The translations under genes were made by a program, and so were the position numbers. From an uncultured virus (IMG/VR IMGVR_UViG_3300030503_000396) (lineage: Duplodnaviria; Heunggongvirae; Uroviricota; Caudoviricetes), in IMG/VR virus record IMGVR_UViG_3300030503_000396: a stretch of 20,000 nt of DNA; one strand, 5' to 3'. This document shows positions 7,722 through 15,016 of the stretch, piece after piece. The stretch's first letter is position 1; every line of letters starts with the position of its first letter. Below the pieces are notes generated by a model. It searched no databases, was not told the DNA's origin, and saw only the letters and a list, made by a program, of their open reading frames with translations.

Positions 7722-7933
7722 TCAAATTAGATCGGTGGTATCAGGGTGTTCAATACATAATTCATGTCCAAACATTTGCATAGACTCAAAATGGTTTAAT
7801 CGGTTAATTTTAATGGCACAATCGGGGCAGTACCATTTACGGGTAGAAAAGTTATAATAACTCCTACTGGTTTTTGACAATCAGTTCGGTTGCAATTACC
7901 GTCCTTTTGCCCTTTAAGTTTTTTCGCTGTCAT
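7722..7933 (-). pseudogene. Frameshifted Cys-rich (Zn-finger-like) small gene
   Basis: Frame 0 gives MTAKKLKGQKDGNCNRTDCQK; the -1 frame continues YYNFSTRKWYCPDCAIKINRLNHFESMQMFGHELC... to a TGA just before the next ATG. Confidence 0.65.
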
Positions 7934-8136
7934 AATTGTTTGATTTGTGTTAGTAAGTCCGTTAAGTCCGATGCCAAAACTAATACGTGAGTTCTGTCTA
8001 TGGTTGATTGCACTGCTTTTAGCACATTCTCAATCGTTTCTGCTTTTGTTTGGTCGCAAGCCTCGGCAACTTCATTTTTCGTAAACAGGGTTATTTTACC
8101 ATGTTCAACTATACCTATGCGTTCTAAACCTTTCAT
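7930..8136 (-). CDS. Hypothetical protein
   Basis: ATGA overlaps at both ends. Confidence 0.65.
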   Translation of the reverse strand: MKGLERIGIVEHGKITLFTKNEVAEACDQTKAETIENVLKAVQSTIDRTHVLVLASDLTDLLTQIKQL

Positions 8137-8465
8137 ACTTTATTTTTTAAATATGTTGTTGGGTTGTGAGGCTCGAAATAATTGGAACAATAAATATTTG
8201 CCTCTCTTTCAACCGTGTCTTGATTTACCTTTTCTATTATCGCCAAAACTTCATCATCCGTATAGAGCCTTTTAGCCGCTTCGTTATAGCCTGAAAAATG
8301 CTCTTCCATTGCATTGTAAATGCTATCGGTAACACCATTATCTTTTTGCCATTCATGGAATGTTCTATCAGGATTTGTTCTACCAGTATGAAATGCACCG
8401 AACAACGTATTGTCAATTATATTCCAATATGCTTGTTTTTCTTCCGCCTTTTTCTGTGTTTCCAT
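8133..8465 (-). CDS. Hypothetical protein
   Basis: Likely start METQKKAEEK at 8465. Confidence 0.7.
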   Translation of the reverse strand: METQKKAEEKQAYWNIIDNTLFGAFHTGRTNPDRTFHEWQKDNGVTDSIYNAMEEHFSGYNEAAKRLYTDDEVLAIIEKVNQDTVEREANIYCSNYFEPHNPTTYLKNKV

Positions 8466-8472
8466 GTTGGGG

Positions 8473-8643
8473 TTATTTGGTTTTACGGGCGATGTACTTG
8501 TCAATTTCAGCCTCGGCTATTTTAGTCATAGGCATACGGTCGGCTTTGCATAGTTTGTTAAATTCATCATATTTAGCACTTGTCATATAAACAGGTAGCG
8601 ATACAATATCAGTTGGTAATTTTTCTTTTTTGTTCTTTGCCAT
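8473..8643 (-). CDS. Small DNA-binding protein, ribbon-helix-helix-like
   Basis: Beta strand VSLPVYM followed by two helices (KYDEFNKLCK, MTKIAEAEIDKYI). Confidence 0.55.
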   Translation of the reverse strand: MAKNKKEKLPTDIVSLPVYMTSAKYDEFNKLCKADRMPMTKIAEAEIDKYIARKTK

Positions 8644-8662
8644 AGTATTATCTTTTACCACC

Positions 8663-8683
8663 AAAGGCTATCCGAAGATAGCC
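8663..8683 (-). terminator. Hairpin/terminator with C(UUCG)G loop
   Basis: GGCUAUC-UUCG-GAUAGCC-UUU; shares TATCCGAAGATAG with the 3476-3508 terminator. Confidence 0.7.
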
Positions 8684-8711
8684 AATAGTAGAAAGAATAG
8701 AGTAGTCAAAA

Positions 8712-9722
8712 CTATTCAGTTTCTTTTGCCTTACCGTCAACCAACTTGTAATACGTATCAGCTTTTATTTTTTTGCCATCAACCTTAAAGGCTTTAACAT
8801 CTATAGGTTTCCATAATTCGTAACCTTTGTTATCGTCTACGTATTCAGCTAAAACAATAAAAGATCCTAAAGATGCTTTTGCTTTTCCGTTAGCGTTTAA
8901 CGCTGCGGAAATACAACCCTCGCCCGATGTTGCGCTGTTTGCACCGTAGCCTGATGTTGCGCTGTTTGCACGGTCGCCCGATGTTGCGCTGTTTGCATAT
9001 CTGCCCGATGTTGCGCTGTTTGCACCGTAGCCTGATGTTGCGCTGTTTGCACCGTAGCCCGATGTTGCGCTGTTTGCACCGTAGCCCGATGTTGCGCTGT
9101 TTGCACTGTAGCCCGATGTTGCGCTGTTTGCATATCTGCCCGATGTTGCGCTGTTTGCACTGTAGCCCGATGTTGCGCTGTTTGCATATCTGCCCGATGT
9201 TGCGCTGTTTGCACCGTAGCCTGATGTTGCGCTGTTTGCACGGTCGCCCGATGTTGCGCTGTTTGCACCGTAGCCTGATGTTGCGCTGTTTGCACCGTAG
9301 CCCGATGTTGCGCTGTTTGCACCGTAGCCTGATGTTGCGCTGGAATTTTCTGTTACTTCTTTAGCTTTAGAAAAAATGAACTTAACAGCACCATTAATTA
9401 ATGATGACATACTAACTTCTAATCCTATTTCTATTTTAGAGGTGGCAACCTTACTATCATCTGTATGATAGGAGAATTTATCTTTACCAATTACTTCGGT
9501 AAACCTGTTACCATTAGTTGGCGCATAATAATTAAACACATCTAACGGATTTTCACAATAATGAAACCCATTATTACAAGTCGATGGCTCACCTTGTTCC
9601 TCGAATTCTTTGCCTATTTCATATTGAAAATTACGGCACTTTAAATCTTTGTCAAAGCCTTTATACCCTTTGACTGTTTTTTCTTCTTTTGCTTGATCTG
9701 CAACTTCTTTTTCTTTTTTCAT
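8712..9722 (-). CDS. DUF7666-like phage protein with 16 nonapeptide repeats
   Basis: N-terminal GYKGFDKDLKCRNFQYEIG...CNNGFHYCENPLDVFNYY; ANSATSGxx repeats; C-terminal VDGKKIKADTYYKL. Confidence 0.85.
   Translation of the reverse strand: MKKEKEVADQAKEEKTVKGYKGFDKDLKCRNFQYEIGKEFEEQGEPSTCNNGFHYCENPLDVFNYYAPTNGNRFTEVIGKDKFSYHTDDSKVATSKIEIGLEVSMSSLINGAVKFIFSKAKEVTENSSATSGYGANSATSGYGANSATSGYGANSATSGDRANSATSGYGANSATSGRYANSATSGYSANSATSGRYANSATSGYSANSATSGYGANSATSGYGANSATSGYGANSATSGRYANSATSGDRANSATSGYGANSATSGEGCISAALNANGKAKASLGSFIVLAEYVDDNKGYELWKPIDVKAFKVDGKKIKADTYYKLVDGKAKETE
8916..9347 (-). repeat. 16 x 27-bp coding tandem repeat
   Basis: GCA AAC AGC GCA ACA TC(G/A) GGC plus two variable codons; the first unit is slightly degenerate. 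Confidence 0.95.
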
Positions 9723-9748
9723 TTTGTTTGACTACTTTTTAATTTGTT

Positions 9749-9860
9749 AAAAATAAGCAGGTATTTGAACTCGCTTCGCATACCTGCTTTAACCTAAACC
9801 TTATCACAATGTAGCGGTTGCTACGTACCACCTAATCCCCGCTATGTTGTAGCGGGGTAG
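9749..9860 (-). terminator. Hairpin cluster ending in a terminator-like stem
   Basis: CCCCGCTA/TAGCGGGG, GTAGC/GCTAC, and AAGCAGGTAT/ATACCTGCTT followed by AUUUUU on the minus strand. Confidence 0.6.
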
Positions 9861-9900
9861 CAGACCCTGAAACGTTTATCAAGGCAAATCAGAGTGTTTT

Positions 9901-10140
9901 TTAAATAGGCTTAAACCTATGATTATTTTGTATAATAGCAATTGGTTTGTTACCCCTGTAACAGGTAATATAGTCTATACGCCAAGATGAACCAGTGCTT
10001 ACAACCTCAACAACTTTTCCTACGTAGTCAAAAAGAATATTTGATTGAAATTTAATGTGTTCAAATTTAACAATGCCGCCTTTTCTTACAAGGCGTTCAC
10101 CACTAAACAAAGACCCCTCGCTACCTCTTTTATCTGCCAT
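9901..10140 (-). CDS. Small beta-rich protein, weakly similar to the Mu transposase C-terminal domain
   Basis: RLVRKGGIVKF...FQS..L.DYVGKVVEV pattern. Confidence 0.55.
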   Translation of the reverse strand: MADKRGSEGSLFSGERLVRKGGIVKFEHIKFQSNILFDYVGKVVEVVSTGSSWRIDYITCYRGNKPIAIIQNNHRFKPI

Positions 10141-10219
10141 GCTTATTGCCTATATAAATTAATAATAAACCAATTGGTAAACATAGTATCATAAACCATA
10201 TAAATATAGATTGAAGCAT
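10130..10219 (-). CDS. 29-aa single-TM peptide (not in ORF track)
   Basis: MLQSIFIWFMILCLPIGLLLIYIGNKHGR*; fills the operon gap. Confidence 0.5.
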   Translation of the reverse strand: MLQSIFIWFMILCLPIGLLLIYIGNKHGR

Positions 10220-10221
10220 GT

Positions 10222-10596
10222 TTAACGTTTTAATATTTCTTTAATTCTACTAACAAATATTTCTTTAGTATAGCTATCCGATGTGCTATTAATTTCTTCA
10301 AAAGTATTTCTATTAACCCGTTTAGCTAAAACAAATGGATTATAGCGTTCATCAGACGGGTGATAATGCTTTATACCAACCTTATGCACCTTATATGTAA
10401 ATTCAGTTCCCATAGTAAAAATAGTACCAACGCTTATTTTATTATCTACTAAATACATAAAACAATGCTCCATCTTAGAGACAAGCAGTCTTTTATTCGC
10501 TATAATATCATCTTCTAATTTATCTTCAATTGATAGATATTTTTCGTAATCATCAAAGACTGCCTGTTTGATTAAATCACTAACTTTTTTGCTCAT
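10222..10596 (-). CDS. Hypothetical protein
   Basis: 124-aa ORF in a packed operon. Confidence 0.7.
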   Translation of the reverse strand: MSKKVSDLIKQAVFDDYEKYLSIEDKLEDDIIANKRLLVSKMEHCFMYLVDNKISVGTIFTMGTEFTYKVHKVGIKHYHPSDERYNPFVLAKRVNRNTFEEINSTSDSYTKEIFVSRIKEILKR

Positions 10597-10801
10597 TTGG
10601 ATTTATATAATATTTATCAGGCTGTATGTAGTGACCCTGATTGTTATACCCGCTACTTGTTGAAAGCCTAACTTCGTTGTCTTGTTGTTTTGCTATTTTT
10701 ACAGCATCAGACCAAGATATTACACCTAAATAGGTTTGCGGTGTTTCACTCCATGGTTGATATGGAACTTTAACCGTCATGTAAGTTGCTTCTTTTTTCA
10801 T
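10580..10801 (-). CDS. Hypothetical protein
   Basis: First gene after the leftward promoter-like TATACTTG (10844-10837). Confidence 0.7.
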   Translation of the reverse strand: MKKEATYMTVKVPYQPWSETPQTYLGVISWSDAVKIAKQQDNEVRLSTSSGYNNQGHYIQPDKYYINPNEQKS

Positions 10802-10946
10802 AATAACGTTTTTTTAATTTGCCTTGATTGACAATACAAGTATAGGGAGTATTTTTGATATTAAGAAATTTATTTGTAATTTTTATTATTTTTATTTTAA
10901 ATATAAAAATAGTATATTTGCACGTAACAAAATAAAAAATATAATT

Positions 10947-11423
10947 ATGACTGTAATTTATGAAATAAAATGTCCAAAAACTGGATTCCTGTTATATGTA
11001 GGAAGATCTATTAGTTTTGAGGGAAGAAAAAAAGAGCACATGCAGGGGTGCTTTGGATATATTGGTAAGTATATAAAAGCCCTTACATCTATTGGTGAAG
11101 ATCCTATTTTTGGGCAACTTGAAACATGTGAAGATGAAGATGCCAACGAGAGGGAAGGGTTATGGATAGAAAAACTTTCTCCGTTGCTAAATATAGCTAC
11201 ATCTGGCAATGTAAGCGTAAAAAGACGACACAATAAGATAAGAAAAACAAAATATCCATTCAATAGCATAAAAGTTGGTGATACGTTTGAAATAAATTCA
11301 GAAGATTTTAATTCGATGTCTACATCGTTGCGTGGGTTCAACTCGAGACATTCTACAAAAATTCAACTTTCAGCAAGTGATAGTTTTACAGATGGTAATT
11401 TAATAATACAAAGAATAAAATAA
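10947..11423 (+). CDS. GIY-YIG nuclease with C-terminal putative DNA-binding domain (homing-endonuclease-like)
   Basis: MTVIYEI...LYVGRS...RKKEH...ERE..WI...LLN; C-terminal KYPF.SIKVGDTF; TATATTTG element at 10913-10920. Confidence 0.8.
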   Translation: MTVIYEIKCPKTGFLLYVGRSISFEGRKKEHMQGCFGYIGKYIKALTSIGEDPIFGQLETCEDEDANEREGLWIEKLSPLLNIATSGNVSVKRRHNKIRKTKYPFNSIKVGDTFEINSEDFNSMSTSLRGFNSRHSTKIQLSASDSFTDGNLIIQRIK

Positions 11424-11437
11424 TTTTTTAAAATAAA

Positions 11438-11469
11438 TTTGCACATCTCATTCCTACCCCTTACCTTTA
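11438..11469 (+). promoter_or_regulatory. Bacteroidota-type promoter
   Basis: TTTG (11438-11441), 20 nt, TACCTTTA (11462-11469). Confidence 0.65.
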
Positions 11470-11502
11470 CAAAACTTTAAACGAAAGAAAAACTTAGCGA
11501 TT

Positions 11503-11868
11503 ATGAGAGACAAAGAAAAAATTAACCACTGGCCTTTAATAAATAAGGCTATTAATATTTCAGTTAAAATTCAGAACAAAGGATTAGCAACTGTATTTTT
11601 TGATTTTAGTGGTCACGTAAACAAAATATCTTTTAGGATTTATGAGCCTGTTTATTATGACGGAGCTTCGTATGAAACCATTGAATGCTATGTGGGATAT
11701 GAAGATTCGGAAAAATACATATTAAATATAATATCACGCCTGCAATCTATATGCAGGAAAAGAGCTATTGATGAAGTTAAGCAAAAACAAATTGCCGCTA
11801 AGCTAATATTAGATACTAAAAAAGCGCAATACGAACGGCTTAAAAAAGAATTGGAAGAAACTGTTTAA
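11503..11868 (+). CDS. Hypothetical phage protein
   Basis: VFFDFSGHVN motif; coiled-coil C-terminus. Confidence 0.75.
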   Translation: MRDKEKINHWPLINKAINISVKIQNKGLATVFFDFSGHVNKISFRIYEPVYYDGASYETIECYVGYEDSEKYILNIISRLQSICRKRAIDEVKQKQIAAKLILDTKKAQYERLKKELEETV

Positions 11869-11958
11869 GTTCTGCTAAGTCTTTAGCAGTCGGATTAGCC
11901 CACCGTAACGGGTTTTTACATAACCACCCTCATTTCGCAGGGAAAAGAAAAAAGAAAG

Positions 11959-12366
11959 ATGAAACTTGAAGCGAAGCACTTTGCAAAAGATAGGTTCTAT
12001 GTACCAACGCATAGTTCAAGGCAAGTAGGTTTATATAAGCTACTAATTAAAAGCCGCGGTATTGCACCTGAAATAGTGTGCGAATGCTTAGATACATATT
12101 TTGACTTATATCTTAAAAGCCAATTCGCGCCCGAAAGAATGAGCAATAGTGAAAAGAAATATTATACACAACGTAGGATTAAGGCTTACACAATTGAACA
12201 TGCAAGCGGAGATAACTTTGATAAATTTTTAAAAATTGTTACTGAAAAAACAGGACAGACATTTAAGACCAAATTCAAGAAACGCAGAAACGCTTATGAT
12301 GATTGGTATGCCGAAGCATCAATGGATGGAACGCTTGCATATTCAGGAGTAACAGACGATTTTTAA
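11959..12366 (+). CDS. Hypothetical protein
   Basis: 135-aa ORF with A-rich leader. Confidence 0.7.
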   Translation: MKLEAKHFAKDRFYVPTHSSRQVGLYKLLIKSRGIAPEIVCECLDTYFDLYLKSQFAPERMSNSEKKYYTQRRIKAYTIEHASGDNFDKFLKIVTEKTGQTFKTKFKKRRNAYDDWYAEASMDGTLAYSGVTDDF

Positions 12367-12413
12367 CCCCCGCCAATTAATTGTATTGGCGTTAAGAAGA
12401 AAAAATTAAAACT

Positions 12414-12626
12414 ATGGAAAATATAGAAGATAAAAAATATAAACTAATTATGGCTCTTCAAAAAGAGCGTGATTGGTTTGCTGAAAAAGGTAAAAGTACA
12501 TGGGATCACGATTATTCGATACATTATTTAAGGACAGGTGAAATACATGGGGACTTAGAAAAATGCGAAATATTAGATGCTGCAATTAATGATTTTGATT
12601 GCCTTTACCACGACTATTGTAATTAA
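12414..12626 (+). CDS. Hypothetical protein
   Basis: 70-aa ORF with A-rich leader. Confidence 0.7.
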   Translation: MENIEDKKYKLIMALQKERDWFAEKGKSTWDHDYSIHYLRTGEIHGDLEKCEILDAAINDFDCLYHDYCN

Positions 12627-12648
12627 CCTAAAAAATCAGAGCGCAAAA

Positions 12649-12945
12649 ATGAAAAAGACAGGGAGTGACACATATACAGCATTACGGGTTGATAATGGAT
12701 TTAGAGTAGCCGGATATTACGTATTCAGCCGAGGGAAACACTACATTCTTGAATCATATAACGATAATGGTTATGATGAACGTTGGGAAACCTCTGAATG
12801 GATAGAGGTTAAAGAAGAAAGCGTAATTAACTTCAGGGCTAAAGAACTCGAAACCGTATTAACCACCATTAAAGATAACGTATTGGTTAATTATAAAAAG
12901 GACAATACCATGTATAACTTGGCTTATAACACCCTTAAAAACTAA
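12649..12945 (+). CDS. YopX-like N-terminal domain protein
   Basis: ALRVDNGFRVAGYY...HYI...WIEVKEESV resembles YopX (GKR.DNGEWV.GY...EV.PETV). Confidence 0.55.
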   Translation: MKKTGSDTYTALRVDNGFRVAGYYVFSRGKHYILESYNDNGYDERWETSEWIEVKEESVINFRAKELETVLTTIKDNVLVNYKKDNTMYNLAYNTLKN

Positions 12946-12992
12946 CCCCCGCCATTACTTTTGTTGTATTGGCACTAATTGAAAAGAAAGAT

Positions 12993-13154
12993 ATGAAAAC
13001 TTACAAAGTATCACCAATAGCATATCACAAATTACGTGTAATGCTTTCAGGTTTGGTTTTTCACAGAGTTGATGAACTGAACAATCATTTTATAAAACCG
13101 TTCAAATCGGTAGAAAAATATGTAAAACTTGCAGGAGGGGTTGAGGTATGTTAA
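12993..13154 (+). CDS. Small hypothetical protein
   Basis: ATG at 12993 after an AAAAGAAAGAT leader. Confidence 0.6.
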   Translation: MKTYKVSPIAYHKLRVMLSGLVFHRVDELNNHFIKPFKSVEKYVKLAGGVEVC

Positions 13155-13315
13155 ATGCTACGTACGACCTAACAGAAAAAGATTTGGCGGTTTTAAGGTA
13201 TCGTCAACTCCAAAGCGAACAAGCCGCCTGGAACATCCAAAGGCAACAACGCAACCCGAATTATAAGCCGCTCTTTAGTTGGCGGAGGGTGAATATAGCG
13301 AGGAGGGTTGTATAA
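13148..13315 (+). CDS. 55-aa hypothetical protein (not in ORF track)
   Basis: MLNATYDLTEKDLAVLRYRQ...RRVV*; TAATG overlap with the next gene. Confidence 0.55.
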   Translation: MLNATYDLTEKDLAVLRYRQLQSEQAAWNIQRQQRNPNYKPLFSWRRVNIARRVV

Positions 13316-13638
13316 TGGGAGAAATAGCAGACATGATGCTTGACGGCATATTAGATGCCAATGGCGAATATACAGGGCGTAATTATGGGCATCCTGTTTA
13401 CCCTAAAGGGTGGTTTGGGAAAAAGAAGTTTGTAAATTCTGCACCGGCTGTTTTTAAGGTACAAAACTTTATGTCACAGCGTGGCATCCCTAAAGGCGAA
13501 CAACAAAAGCAAGCACTTGAAGATTACAAGTCACATGTAGGTTGTGAAAGACCTACTAACCACACTTATAGTAATTGGCCTATATTCAAAGCATTTATAG
13601 ATGGCAGGATTGGATATATTAAACCTTCGAAACTTTAA
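13315..13638 (+). CDS. Hypothetical phage protein
   Basis: Start MGEIADMMLDG, a recurrent phage N-terminal motif. Confidence 0.7.
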   Translation: MGEIADMMLDGILDANGEYTGRNYGHPVYPKGWFGKKKFVNSAPAVFKVQNFMSQRGIPKGEQQKQALEDYKSHVGCERPTNHTYSNWPIFKAFIDGRIGYIKPSKL

Positions 13639-13642
13639 AACA

Positions 13643-14035
13643 ATGGAAAATAAAACAGAAAAACCGATAGCGGTAAAACTAATTAACGAAAGTGAATTTG
13701 ATGTATTTAAGGCTTATTATGGTAAAAAATCGTATTATGTAGGCGATATTGAATCGTATAATCCTTTATACCCTTTGTTTTATTTTAGCGGGAAAACAAT
13801 ACAATGCGCTTCAATCGATAGTGGGATTGGTAAAAGTTCAGTAATACTAAGTTTAGAAAACATTTCATCTTTAACAGGCATTCAATTACCTAAAAATGGG
13901 ATAGAGTTAGATTTGTCTGGCATGAAAGCCATAGTCAAAAAAAATGAAGTTACATTTGAACTTCACGGTCATAAACAATTATTGTTTAAAAGCGAAATTA
14001 GTAAGGTTATGGCTGCCTTTGCATCATTTGGCTAA
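13643..14035 (+). CDS. Hypothetical protein
   Basis: ATG at 13643 (MENKTEK). Confidence 0.7.
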   Translation: MENKTEKPIAVKLINESEFDVFKAYYGKKSYYVGDIESYNPLYPLFYFSGKTIQCASIDSGIGKSSVILSLENISSLTGIQLPKNGIELDLSGMKAIVKKNEVTFELHGHKQLLFKSEISKVMAAFASFG

Positions 14036-14212
14036 CTCCCTTTAACCCTTTTCAGGGGTTGAAAGGTGTGGGAAAGAAAAAAAGAAAGGAGGTTAAGGCA
14101 AAAAAATACTTTAAAGTGCTATTGATTAAAGTCGCTATTTTAAGACAAAAAATATCAATGCACTCATTAATGATTAATTAACTAATATTTCAAATAATAA
14201 AAAAACATTAAA

Positions 14213-15016
14213 ATGAGTAATTTAGAAAAAATCACAAGTAACGCTACAATAATAAAATTACAAGATAGCGTTTCATCCGTAGTATTAGCGGAACAATTGC
14301 AGGGCTTTGAAAAAGCATACCTTGTTGCAAGCGCAGCAGGGGAACTTAAAAAACTTCTTAATGATGAATACATGAAGCCTATAATGGCTTTACAAGGGAA
14401 TCGTTTAGGCTTTAAGACAGACAAAGATAAGACCGGCGGATACTCTTTAGAGATAGTTAAAAATTGCTTGATAGAAGCCGTTTTAATGGGTGTTCAGCCT
14501 TGCGGAAACCAATTCAACATTATACAAGACAATTGCTATCTAACAAAAGAGGGGTTAGGTTATTTGCTTAAAAAAATTCAAGGTTTATCTTATGATATTA
14601 CGTTTGAACTACCACGGGTAAACTCTCAAAAAGATGGAGCTGCTATTAGTGCTAATATAGAATGGACTCTTAACGGAATTAAAAAAACAAAAACATTTGA
14701 GATACCGGTTAAGATGAATTCTTTTATGGGCACAGATGCTGTAATTGGTAAGGCTACACGCAAGGCTCGCAAGTGGTTATATGATACAATCACAGGGTCT
14801 GAAATTCCTGAAGGGGATGCTTTTGACCCGGAAACCCCAAAAGGGTTTAATACTTCAAGAGAGCAAGCCCCGGAAACAGTTGCAAAGGAAAACGAACGTT
14901 TTGCCTTAATGGTTGATGACTGTAAAACGTTAGCCGAATTGGAAACTTTGCGGGATAGTATCAGCAATGATATTCAGAACGATTTGTTTAACCAACAACT
15001 TAACGCTTTATCCTAA
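14213..15016 (+). CDS. Putative single-strand annealing recombinase (RecT/Red-beta-like, divergent)
   Basis: Size, LIEAVLMGVQP..NQFNII....YLTKEG and GKATRKARKW segments, acidic tail, and TAATG coupling to the exonuclease. Confidence 0.55.
   Translation: MSNLEKITSNATIIKLQDSVSSVVLAEQLQGFEKAYLVASAAGELKKLLNDEYMKPIMALQGNRLGFKTDKDKTGGYSLEIVKNCLIEAVLMGVQPCGNQFNIIQDNCYLTKEGLGYLLKKIQGLSYDITFELPRVNSQKDGAAISANIEWTLNGIKKTKTFEIPVKMNSFMGTDAVIGKATRKARKWLYDTITGSEIPEGDAFDPETPKGFNTSREQAPETVAKENERFALMVDDCKTLAELETLRDSISNDIQNDLFNQQLNALS

Noticed and set aside
8916..9347. CRISPR array
   Set aside because: The variable part is only 6 nt and recurs; the array is in frame within a protein; no cas genes.
8897..9364. 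Track ORFs 8897..9322 (-) and 8927..9364 (+)
   Set aside because: Shadow frames produced by the stop-free repeat.
9755..9790. tRNA T-arm (GAGTTCAAAT on the minus strand)
   Set aside because: It lies in the loop of a simple hairpin, with no cloverleaf context.
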